From a virus (Duplodnaviria > Caudoviricetes), in the IMG/VR virus record IMGVR_UViG_3300031565_014860, positions 1 to 54,033 of that record: a stretch of 54,033 nucleotides of DNA. The stretch is one strand, 5' to 3'. Below, piece by piece: positions 19,422 to 28,762 of the stretch. The notes under the pieces were generated by a model, which was not told the origin of the DNA, ran no database searches, and was given only the letters and a program-made list of their open reading frames with translations. The translations under genes were made by a program, and so were the position numbers. The first letter of the stretch is position 1; each line of letters begins with the position of its first letter.

Positions 19422-19598
19422 TCATTCCTTCTTTTTTTTAACACCTTCACATGATGGACAAACTAATTTACTTCCGTGATTAATTGATTGTATAATTATC
19501 TTGGTTTTGCATTTCTTACAGATTAAATTATCTTTATCATCTGTACCAAATTGTCTTCTATCTCTATGACTTACACAAGTATCTGTTATTCTAACCAT
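19422..19598 (-). CDS. 58-aa zinc-ribbon microprotein
   Basis: AGGTGA RBS; ...NLICKKCKTKIIIQSINHGSKLVCPSC...; similar to the neighbouring ORF. Confidence 0.65.
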   Translation of the reverse strand: MVRITDTCVSHRDRRQFGTDDKDNLICKKCKTKIIIQSINHGSKLVCPSCEGVKKKKE

Positions 19599-19608
19599 AA
19601 TATCACCT

Positions 19609-19776
19609 TTATCTCTTACATTTAGGACAAATATATATCAATTTATCCTTAATCTTACTTCCTCTACGAAAGATAGACCTAATAATTGCTGCTGCTCCAC
19701 ATTTTTTACACTCTAGATTACCATCTCTTCCTATAGCAAATTTTAATGCATCTCTTCTTGTTACTGATGATGTCAT
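19609..19776 (-). CDS. 55-aa zinc-ribbon microprotein
   Basis: GGAGG RBS; ...NLECKKCGAAAIIRSIFRRGSK...ICPKC. Confidence 0.65.
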   Translation of the reverse strand: MTSSVTRRDALKFAIGRDGNLECKKCGAAAIIRSIFRRGSKIKDKLIYICPKCKR

Positions 19777-19789
19777 TTTAATTCCTCCT

Positions 19790-20515
19790 TTAATATCTTA
19801 TTTCAAATCCATAACACGAACTTACAGATTTAATATTATTTCCATCGTAATATGTAGGAATATTTTTCATTATTTTATCTTTTTGAGGTTCAATGTAATA
19901 TATACCTTCAGTCGTGTTTACTGCAATAAGAGCATGTCCATTAATAGTATATTCTAGTTCTGTAAAACACGATACAATTCCATTCTTTTCAAATACATCT
20001 ATTACTTTATTTGTAAATTCTGTGCAGTCAAAGGTATCAACATCATATGATAATGTATCGGTTTTATCATTTCTTAATATTGAGGATATTTCTTGTGTTG
20101 TTGGTATATGATATTCTAATTTTTTCCTAGCTTCTAATTGGTCATATTGAATATCCATATATGATATCTCTTGTCGCAATTCATCAATAGTTCTATTTGA
20201 TTCTGATAAGTAATATGTCAAAATTTGATTTTCATTAGTCAAGTTATAATTATGATTCATACTTAACTTATATTCATAAGTAAGTCTATTATTATCTTGT
20301 AATAAATCATAACTATATATTGTACTATTAATTAATAATAATGATATAGTACAATAAACCAATATTCCTAATATTATAACCTTATATGATGTAACAGGAA
20401 TATTTTCTACCGGAATATACATATGATATCCAGTAGTAGTTGGTAATTCTATTTGGTTTTCTTTAATAAATCCTTTAGTTATCATAGTATCTATCCATAG
20501 TATCTGCCCATTCAT
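19790..20515 (-). CDS. Membrane-anchored coiled-coil protein with C-terminal papain/transglutaminase-like Cys domain
   Basis: Hydrophobic helix VIILGILVYCTISLLLI, coiled coil, then FDCTEF...GHALIAV...YYIEPQ (Cys-His-Glu). Confidence 0.65.
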   Translation of the reverse strand: MNGQILWIDTMITKGFIKENQIELPTTTGYHMYIPVENIPVTSYKVIILGILVYCTISLLLINSTIYSYDLLQDNNRLTYEYKLSMNHNYNLTNENQILTYYLSESNRTIDELRQEISYMDIQYDQLEARKKLEYHIPTTQEISSILRNDKTDTLSYDVDTFDCTEFTNKVIDVFEKNGIVSCFTELEYTINGHALIAVNTTEGIYYIEPQKDKIMKNIPTYYDGNNIKSVSSCYGFEIRY

Positions 20516-21522
20516 CTGGTATTTTTTCTATATTCCATTTTTTTGTACTAAATCTAGATATTGTTATTATATAGGTATAGTTAATTCTACAATAAACTAT
20601 TCTAATATATAATATCATATCTATTATTCTTTTTAATCGTTCAATCATATTAGTAGTTCTTATCTTATCACCTTTTTTATATTTGTATATTACTCTAATA
20701 CTATACTATTACATTATTCTCCTTGTAGTTAAAACAGTCATCACATAAATTATAATCAAGTTCATCTAACTTAGTATGACATCTATCGCCTACATCAAAT
20801 ATACGACAACATTTACTACATCTATTATATTCATTACATTTATATGAACTTATAGCAATCCCTAACATCCATTCTTTATTTTTCATTTGCTTACCTACTT
20901 TTCGTGCTTTACGAACAGCTGCTTTTATTCATAAAAGTTCTACTCTTCTAATTTTATCTTCAAATGGTTCATTAAATATCTCATAGCAAGATAGACACTG
21001 AACATATCCATTTCCGAATATTGCTCTTCGTTCTACCCTCCTCTTATGTATTTGTGAACATGTTGGACATATTATAAAGTTAATGTTTATCTTCTCTTTT
21101 ACCTTTTTTCTTTTTAGTATCACTAAAGCTAAAATCTCTAGGTACAGGATATATACAAGAGCATTGTGCTTCAAATGGAGTACCATCTTCCTTTAATAAT
21201 CGTTTTCGTCTTGCACATTTCTTTCCTAGTAAATCTAAACAGGTATGTTGATTAAATGTACATCCTCTAGTTGGTCTTTCTAAATGTACACACACATCTT
21301 CTTCTATTGTAAAAGAATCGTGTACAATTCCTTCTTCTATTGTTCTAACCGGTACTATATTTCTAGACATATTATCTTCCTCCGTCTTCGTCTATAAACA
21401 TATATCTATCTTTACGTTTTAATCGTTTAATAATAAACGCTTGAATTTTATGAAATATACTATTAGATTTCATATGAATTTACCTGAATTTAAATAATAA
21501 CTATTATATGAGTTTTAAGACT

Positions 21523-21572
21523 TTATAGAATGTTATTCGTTTAATATATATGTTAAGCGTAACATTCTATAA
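21523..21572. repeat. 50-bp imperfect palindrome, copy 2 of the dispersed family
   Basis: Arms TTATAGAATGTTA/TAACATTCTATAA around TTCGTTTAATATATATGTTAAGCG. The reverse strand aligns with 10511-10560, including TCTTAAAACTCAT. Confidence 0.8.
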
Positions 21573-22409
21573 TGTATTTATTATCTTATTCATTTATTTT
21601 TCTAAAGGATTCCCTATCATTAAGTGATGATATATGCATTTTTACAACTTTCGATTTAGAATTATCTTTTTGTTTATTTTTAATCTCTTTTTCAAATGCT
21701 TCAATATCTTCTTTACTAGGTTGACCAAGAGTTGTACACAATTCTAAAGTTCTATCTTTAGACATAGCCCATGTGCTAATAGTACCATCTTTCTCAAGTT
21801 CAACAGGTGCAAATTCTAAATCATCTGCAATGTACCTTTTTAATAATTCGGCCATTTGGCTTAATGTATCTTCATTTGAGTGTGTACTTTCAGATTTGTA
21901 TGTTCCTTCAAAACCATCATTTTGAAATTCTTTAGCTGCATAATATGCTACCGTTTGATTATTTTTGCATATGTCTGCAAGAGTATGTAGTTTATCACAT
22001 TCGTTAAAAGAAGTATAATCTATAATAGCCTCTAGTCCAGACATTTTTTTAACATCATCGTGTAATTCAAACTTTAATGTTCCTTTAATATCTCTCATTT
22101 GTCTTACTATTTCGTTTGTTAATGCTATTTGCTCATTATCCTGTTTACTATTCATCTAACCACCCCGAATTTTTCTAATAAAGAATCATAATTCTTCATT
22201 ATTAATACACATTTTTCTTTTGTTAATCCTTTTGATAATTCACATACTGTTGTAGTATCCCACATATTTGTTTTTCCATACTTGCGTACTCTTTCGTAAT
22301 CTTCAATATCTTCTTTTGTAATATCAGATATTTCCATTCTTCTCTCTGTTTGTTCCATATCTTTTATTTCTTCTTGAGTTGTCATTCACTTCACCCTTTT
22401 ATAATTATA

Positions 22410-22521
22410 AGGCGCAATCCATATATCGTGCCATAATGTTCAACTATCATCTTCATTATACGAATCTAGTGTGTAGTAAGTTCGCAGTTAATCGGATTTC
22501 TCCTAGTGATTGATTGCGCCT
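22410..22521 (-). ncRNA. Candidate structured intergenic RNA
   Basis: Perfect 10-bp closing stem AGGCGCAATC/GATTGCGCCT; internal GGA-GAAA-TCC and ATAATG/CATTAT helices; GC-richer than flanks. Confidence 0.45.
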
Positions 22522-22538
22522 GTTGATTTTAGCAACTA

Positions 22539-23090
22539 TTAATTGTTATATTTTTTACATATCCAATACACTATTGGTTCTAATTTCATTTTTCTATCTT
22601 TATTTAATATTGAACATATACATCTTCCCTTATGTCCTCTAGGCCTGGTGCATCTATAATTAATATTTTCACTTACAAATACTTTATTACATTGTCTTAT
22701 ATACACACCGTGGTCTATATATGCTACTGAAATGGGTTCTAATATTAATAACATCTCTTTGCGTTCTTCTCTTCTTATTACCATATTGCTTTTTGACATA
22801 AGTTTATAATTGAACACCGTATTTGGATTATAGTATACTAATTTGTCTATTGGTGCATTTTCCCAAATTGCTAATGTTTTCGAAATGGCAAATATTATTT
22901 TACTTTTACCCAATACATTTATACATCTTCCTTTGTGTCCTTTTCTACGATTACATCTATATTGTTTAAACTTTTTATCACATTGAATAAAAGATTTACT
23001 TAAACAATTAACTATTTCTCGTTTTTCTTGTTTTGTTAAAGGAATGGGTTTATTATAATTCTTTGCTTCTTTTAACTCAATAGTAGTCAT
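22539..23090 (-). CDS. Protein with duplicated C-C-H-C zinc-finger-like motif
   Basis: CDKKFKQYRCNRRKGHKGRCI and CNKVF...YRCTRPRGHKGRCI. Confidence 0.7.
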   Translation of the reverse strand: MTTIELKEAKNYNKPIPLTKQEKREIVNCLSKSFIQCDKKFKQYRCNRRKGHKGRCINVLGKSKIIFAISKTLAIWENAPIDKLVYYNPNTVFNYKLMSKSNMVIRREERKEMLLILEPISVAYIDHGVYIRQCNKVFVSENINYRCTRPRGHKGRCICSILNKDRKMKLEPIVYWICKKYNN

Positions 23091-25399
23091 TTATTAGCCT
23101 TTGTTAATAATCTATATTTTGTACTAAACACTATTTTATTCATTCCTATGGTATATACAGCATAATTTACTTCTATGAATTCTAACCATACCCATATTCT
23201 ATTGATATTTCTTGGAATCCAACAAAATATAGGTATCCAGTGTCCTCTATTTTTATTATAATACTCTTCTTTTATTTTAATCAAGCTTTTAATTTGCATT
23301 ATTAATCACCTATATATTTGTGGATATCCTATATATAATCCCCTTATTTTACTATTTACCAATGCTTACAATTTTGACATTTTTCTCTCATTCAATCACC
23401 AACTTATCATCTTTTGTTATTAATCTTATTTCTTTCAACGAATTGAATACTTTTGTTTTTTCTTTTTTTAATGTATCTATTTTTTCCTGCAATTTAATTA
23501 ATTTCTTAATTCGTATAGTATTGTATAATATATGTTTATACACTTGATACAAATACATATTTTCACAAAATTCATCATTTGTGGTAAATAATGCAATTTT
23601 ATCATTACTACCTGTTGTTTTAGCAATATATTTTCTAATTTCATCTCCACGATTACAATATACCGTTCCAATAGTAACATGTATCATATCGTCTATTTTC
23701 TTTTTTATTTCTGTAATATTATCTTCACAATAAACAGTATTCTTATATTCCATTGTAAATTTAGATTTGGATTCTATATATCCTATTCGTACTCCCTTAT
23801 ATCTCATTATATCAATTGACATTTTACTCACCTACTTAATATATGTTTTTTTAAGGTCTTCGTTTACACGTTCTATCGCTGTTGTTATTTCTTTCAGTTT
23901 AAATGAATTATCAAATGCTAACTTTATTTCCCAACTATATACTCCTTTTGTGCTTCTTTTTAATACAATATGACAAGGATTTTGTATAGTATCTGATTCT
24001 TTAGTAAATACACTCATTTTTTCACCTCTCTATTTTTAACAATATTATCGATAAGTTGCTGCATTTTTGGAATTGGACATTTTGCATTGTTTACATATTC
24101 TTCAATTTTGTCATTGAATGGACCATTAAGAATCTCTACTATCTTTTCTGAAAATGCGTCCATACATTTTTCTCGAATATCTTTATCTATTATTGCTAAT
24201 ACTTTATTATAATCATATGTAAGATTAGCTTCTTGTGCATATTTTTCTATCATAGAATATGACTCATAATAATATAGGTCTTTGTATAATTCCCTAGCTT
24301 CTTCTCTTAGCTTTGCTCTTAATATAGCTTTAAGACGCCCTTCTACTCTTCTATTCATTAATGATTTGAAATTTTCGATTGAAAAACTATTCATCCAAAG
24401 GCTAATATATTCATAATTTTCACAATGGAAAGAGCACGATGTTTCTCCTTTATATGGATAATCTACTTTCATTTTGAACGTAGCACAATTGTTTGTAAAA
24501 TCATATGTATCTAATACACATTTAACATTAATATTTCCATATGTATATAATACATGTTCTTGGCCCCATCCTTGTCTATTGAGGGCTAAATTTACTATTT
24601 CTATCCAATCTATGTCTGTTTCTACTATTTTAAGTTCGTTCATAAGTATTCCTCCTTTACAACTTTATATTTAAATATCTTTGTTCTTATATGTATATAA
24701 GGAAACTTTATTTTAACTAATGATTTATCCTTATATCCTTTGAAATATAATCGTAATGGTATCCAACCATTTTCTGTTTGTCTCATAATAAGACTTAATC
24801 TTACAATTACTGCTGTCTTTGGGTCATAATCTATTTCTTTAAAAAAGTCTTGTACTATTGGAAGAGTTAATATTGTGTCAAAATTATTAGATATGCTATA
24901 TACTAAATGTCTTCCACCTACTGTATTATAATACTTGGTATAATCAGCATTAATTTTAAATAATACAATTTCTTCATTTGTTATTACATTATTATATACT
25001 TCTATGAATCCACAATCTTTGCAAAATTCTTTACATTCACATTTTTTTATCATAATTATTCCTCCATAGTTCGTCTAAGCTTTAATAACGTAAGGGAATT
25101 TCCACATTACTTATTTGTTTGGTCTATCATTCATTCACCAATATTTAAATCATCCAATAATTCTTGAACGTTTATTACTGTGTTTATACATCCCATTTCT
25201 GGATTTTCCAAATCATACTTATGGTCTGTAATCCACTTTTTTAAAGCTTCAACATCTATTACTATAAGTTCATCATCAACAGATAATCCTTTTCTGAATA
25301 CTGTTCCTAATTCGTTATCTCTGCTGAATATGTATCCTAATTTTCGCATTGCATCTTCCATATTAATCATTTCTCCTATTTTACTTATAATAATAATAT

Positions 25400-25491
25400 T
25401 GGTGTGGGAAAGAATCGAACTTCCAAACCCAATCAATTAATGGTCATCGGTTGCAATTCTAATACTTAAACATTTTCAACATATACCCACC
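25400..25491 (-). tRNA. Degenerate class II (long variable arm) tRNA-like sequence
   Basis: T arm GGAAG-TTCGATT-CTTTC, 3' CCACACCA, 5' GGTGGGT, D-loop-like TGTTTAAG, loop containing TTGCAA, long variable arm; several stem mismatches. Confidence 0.5.
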
Positions 25492-25979
25492 GTTGATTTA
25501 TCCTCACATTTAATTGTTGTCTCCCCATCGGAGCCACACCAACCATAATATTTAACATCCATTTTACTCCTGGAAATAATATAAGGACATTCCTTTACGG
25601 TCCTCTTTAATTCCCTTTGAAATTCTAATAATTCGTTCTTAAATATAATATAGAATTTAACTTCCCTAGCTATCTCTAATAAAGTATAATATGACCCTTC
25701 ATTGGACATTAGCAATATTTCAATTCTCTTAGAAATCGACAATTCCTTAATTTCCCCTTTTGGTCCGAGTTTTTCCTCTCTAAAGGAGATTCGCATAATA
25801 TGATAATCATCGGTGTGAAATAGCTTAAATCGCTTCATCGCTTTTTCCTTTAGATTCAATCGCTGCATTAGAATCTTATCTACCGGTCTAAGGTTCCTAC
25901 AGGTCCTTTTAGGGGGCGTTTTAACATAGGTTCTGCTAGGAGTTTTGCTTAGTTTTCCAAATTCGATAGCCGAAAGCAT
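25476..25979 (-). CDS. Winged-HTH-like protein, paralog 1
   Basis: N-terminal EFGKLSKTPSR shared with 26560-26865; C-terminal YTLLEIAREV...ISR...KYY wHTH pattern; own TATA promoter at about 26002-26019. Confidence 0.55.
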   Translation of the reverse strand: MLSAIEFGKLSKTPSRTYVKTPPKRTCRNLRPVDKILMQRLNLKEKAMKRFKLFHTDDYHIMRISFREEKLGPKGEIKELSISKRIEILLMSNEGSYYTLLEIAREVKFYIIFKNELLEFQRELKRTVKECPYIISRSKMDVKYYGWCGSDGETTIKCEDKSTVGIC

Positions 25980-26524
25980 AATTATTATTTAAATTTTAAA
26001 CTTTATATAGATATGTTTTGTTATTGCGTAATGACAACTAAATTTTAAACCGCATACCCGCTCCGTCTTTTAAAATATTAAAAGACATAATCGCTATACC
26101 GAGCTGTATTTTAATGTTTTAGGTTGTAATGTATATATTTGTATTTCTATCTATGTGTCATCGTTCTTATTCTATTCTTTTGTATAATGTATATATATAT
26201 ATATTAAAATATATATATAAAATATTAAAAAACACCGGAGATTAGCGATTTTGAAATTTAAAAAAATGGCGCCGCAGTATATCGATTTATTTAAAGTCAA
26301 ATCTTTCAATAGCGCCGAATCGCACACCGGAGGCTCATTTACTGTTTTTTGGATATTTCGGAAATACCAACCTTTTCTCATTGTAATCTTCATATAAAAA
26401 CTGCGGCGATATTGAGAATACCATCGCAATTCTTATTTTCTATAAACTCCCTTTTAGATAAAGATATTTGATTTTGACACATAATATATCAAATGATTAA
26501 AGTGAATTATTAAAGAATTAGTGA

Positions 26525-26538
26525 GGGACCGAAGTCCC
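26525..26538 (-). terminator. cUUCGg tetraloop hairpin after the wHTH gene
   Basis: Minus strand GGGAC-TTCG-GTCCC, about 20 nt past the stop of 26560-26865. Confidence 0.6.
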
Positions 26539-26559
26539 CCTTTGTACAATTGTTCTTAC

Positions 26560-26865
26560 TTATGCAGACTTTGCAAGATTCTTAAAGACAGATGTTCGTT
26601 TTCCTTCTTTATCCACAAGATATCCTCTGTCGAGCTTGTCGTCCCTGAAAAGGTTATTCAATGCTGTTTGAACGCTTGCAATTTTTACTTCTGTTTTTAA
26701 TACCTCAGAAACTGGTTTTACTAGTTCTGCTGCTGAGTATCCACCTTTTGTGGTCATTGCTGCTAAGACTGTTCCTCTTAGACTTTTTCCCTTTAGCCCA
26801 AACCCTCGTGATGGTGTTTTATCTAACTTCTCAAATTCCTCTTCATTAATTGGCATATTAGCCAC
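26560..26865 (-). CDS. Winged-HTH DNA-binding protein, paralog 2
   Basis: MPINEEEFEKLDKTPSR...GYSAAEL...ASVQTALNNLFRDDKLDR; GGAGGTG RBS; promoter AACCGCAAC-ATATATAAA at 26902-26919. Confidence 0.7.
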   Translation of the reverse strand: MANMPINEEEFEKLDKTPSRGFGLKGKSLRGTVLAAMTTKGGYSAAELVKPVSEVLKTEVKIASVQTALNNLFRDDKLDRGYLVDKEGKRTSVFKNLAKSA

Positions 26866-27131
26866 CTCCTAAATTAAGATAATAATAATTGAATTTTAAT
26901 CTTTATATATGTTGCGGTTATGAAATATAACGTATATAGTTGATTATATATATTTCATTCCATACATTGATTTTATTTTCTTAATTCGGGATAAGTCTTC
27001 CCAATTTTGATTTTCAAATGCTATGTTTTCCATATTTTTAATTTGGTCAACTGTTAATGGTTGTCCATCGATTGCTTCACTCATTTCTATTCACCTTATT
27101 TTATTTTATTCCATAATATAATATGGAAAAC

Positions 27132-27173
27132 GCTCATTCGAGGACTCACACCTCGAAGTCTGTTAGTATGAGC
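27132..27173 (-). ncRNA. tRNA top-half mimic (t-element-like), copy 1
   Basis: GCTCAT-11 nt-TCGAGG-TGTGAGT-CCTCGA-ATGAGC; starts at the stop of ORF 27173-27397. Confidence 0.65.
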
Positions 27174-27397
27174 TAGTTCTGATATGTTGGACACACTATT
27201 ACTACTTCTTTTGTTTCATCGTCATAGTATATTCCTTTGATTGATTCTTCTGGATTCTCTTCAATAATTTCACATATTTCATAATCTTCATGACAGTCGT
27301 TGTTTATATTGTTCTCAAAGTCATATACATTTCTAGTACATATAGATGTCTCTGGGTCATAGTTCTTTAATATATCTATTAGTTCTTTTATTTTCAC
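27173..27397 (-). CDS. Small acidic protein (MxxxELIxxLxxYDP family), paralog A
   Basis: GGAGG RBS with GTG start; MKIKELIDILKNYDPET. Confidence 0.7.
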   Translation of the reverse strand: MKIKELIDILKNYDPETSICTRNVYDFENNINNDCHEDYEICEIIEENPEESIKGIYYDDETKEVVIVCPTYQN

Positions 27398-27571
27398 TTA
27401 ATCGCCTCCATCCATACAATCAAAGATTTCAACTACATCTCTAATTGTTAATTTTCTTATATCATATTCATCGTAATCTGCTTCTACATCTTTTATCAAT
27501 GCATCTCTGAGTTTTAATGGTATATTGCATTTCTTCATTGCTTTATCTACTATAATTTCAACTCTTTTCAT
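27398..27571 (-). CDS. 57-aa hypothetical protein (not in ORF track)
   Basis: MKRVEIIVDKAMKKCNIPLKLRDALIKDVEADYDEYDIRKLTIRDVVEIFDCMDGGD; abuts the next gene. Confidence 0.6.
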   Translation of the reverse strand: MKRVEIIVDKAMKKCNIPLKLRDALIKDVEADYDEYDIRKLTIRDVVEIFDCMDGGD

Positions 27572-27612
27572 TTTTTCACATCCTATTTTATTTTATTCTT
27601 TAATATAATAAT

Positions 27613-27653
27613 GCGCATTCGGAGATTTGCACTCCGATATTCCTATTATGCGC
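27613..27653 (-). ncRNA. tRNA top-half mimic (t-element-like), copy 2
   Basis: GCGCAT-10 nt-TCGGAG-TGCAAAT-CTCCGA-ATGCGC; 2 nt after the stop of ORF 27656-27829; stems covary with copy 1. Confidence 0.65.
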
Positions 27654-27655
27654 TC

Positions 27656-27829
27656 TTATACTTTTATTGTTATTAAGACATCGTCTTTTTCTTTTGAAAT
27701 GCTTTCACTTTCAATATCGTGTAGTTCAAAGTCGTTATCGTATTCCGATTTATCAACTTCTTCTTTTATTACTACATTTGCATTCGGGTCGTATTGTTGT
27801 AATGTTTCTATTAAGTCTCTTACATTCAT
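27656..27829 (-). CDS. Small acidic protein, paralog B (not in ORF track)
   Basis: MNVRDLIETLQQYDPNANVVIKEEVDKSEYDNDFELHDIESESISKEKDDVLITIKV, similar to 27173-27397. Confidence 0.65.
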   Translation of the reverse strand: MNVRDLIETLQQYDPNANVVIKEEVDKSEYDNDFELHDIESESISKEKDDVLITIKV

Positions 27830-27925
27830 TTTCCCAACTCCTCACTAATAAATTTATAATTCATATTATCTCCTCCTTAATAAAATAAACATTCATAATA
27901 AAAATATAATATAAGCTAATCTTCT

Positions 27926-28147
27926 TTATACTTTTTCTCTTTTTGTATCTATAAAAAAGAGTTCTAAGCATTCAACAAGAAACTCGCTCATCAAATCTCC
28001 GCTAATGTTATGTTTTTTTAATATTTTATCTTCTTCAATTACAACTAGTTCTTTTAATCTTTGTTCTAGTTGAATTTGAAATGGTCTTTGTTTAATTAAA
28101 ACTCTAGTTCTATTAAACATTATTTTTCTCATTTGAACTTCATTCAT
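27926..28147 (-). CDS. Hypothetical protein, first gene of the leftward arm
   Basis: GAGGCGA RBS and conserved leader. Confidence 0.6.
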   Translation of the reverse strand: MNEVQMRKIMFNRTRVLIKQRPFQIQLEQRLKELVVIEEDKILKKHNISGDLMSEFLVECLELFFIDTKREKV

Positions 28148-28350
28148 AATATCGCCTCGTTTTATTTTATTCCTTAATATAATATATACTTCTATGTGTT
28201 CCTATGTACATTATGTTATGTATATCTTCGGTCATATATATAGATTTTGCGTTCATACGATTATTTAAATTTTAGTATTTATATAGTTATTTATTATCCG
28301 ATATCATATATCTTTCATTATATATTACGGAATATTATACAATGAAACAG

Positions 28351-28394
28351 AACCGATAACTATATAAACGTTAGAATTTAAATAATACGTATTA
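28351..28394 (+). promoter_or_regulatory. BRE+TATA promoter with palindrome TAATACGTATTA near the predicted start site
   Basis: AACCGATAAC-TATATAAA at 28351-28368; palindrome at 28383-28394; same layout at 29369-29402. Confidence 0.75.
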
Positions 28395-28419
28395 ATTAAA
28401 AATATAAAACGGTGATAAT

Positions 28420-28686
28420 ATGGAAAACGAATTAAAAATAGGATTATATAATAAGGATAAAAACGGGAAACAACGGATAAGCGAAACATTATCTATTCCG
28501 TATGAACAACGAGTAAATATGGAACAAGCAATTAATAATATATTTCCTGATGATTTAGGAAACGATATGTTTAGTGAATCGGTTAATCGTATTTTATTAT
28601 CGGGAGTAATAGAGGAAATCATATCCATTGAGGAATGGGAAATCATAATTAAAGCAATCGGTGAAGTTGTATTACATAAGAGATAA
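28420..28686 (+). CDS. Hypothetical early protein
   Basis: GGTGA RBS and upstream promoter. Confidence 0.65.
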   Translation: MENELKIGLYNKDKNGKQRISETLSIPYEQRVNMEQAINNIFPDDLGNDMFSESVNRILLSGVIEEIISIEEWEIIIKAIGEVVLHKR

Positions 28687-28698
28687 AGAAAGTATTAC

Positions 28699-28716
28699 AA
28701 CCGATAACTATATAAA
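28699..28716 (+). promoter_or_regulatory. BRE+TATA promoter
   Basis: AACCGATAACTATATAAA, identical to 28351-28368. Confidence 0.75.
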
Positions 28717-28762
28717 GATACGTGAATATATATTAATTAGAAAATAAAACGAGGCGATATAA

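Larger units (their letters stand above)
20701..25436 (-). other. Belt of small hypothetical ORFs (20701-20886, 20929-21186, 21080-21370, 21586-22155, 22152-22385, 23087-23299, 23388-23831, 23832-24017, 24014-24643, 24640-25053, 25131-25436)
   Basis: Co-oriented, several ATGA-coupled, many with GGTGA/GGAGG RBSs; several are Cys-rich; no family recognised. Confidence 0.6.

Noticed and set aside
22410-22521. Hammerhead ribozyme or preQ1 riboswitch
   Set aside because: The CUGAnGA...GAAA core and preQ1 consensus are not present; kept only as an unclassified structured element.
1017-25440. Plus-strand ORFs in the left arm (e.g. 2124-2480, 9659-10072, 13179-13622, 14964-15461)
   Set aside because: Antisense shadows of well-supported minus-strand genes; Phe/Ser/Ile-rich with no RBS.
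26172-26429. 85-aa minus-strand ORF
   Set aside because: No RBS, runs into an (AT)n tract and has atypical composition; the region looks non-coding and I could not assign it a function.
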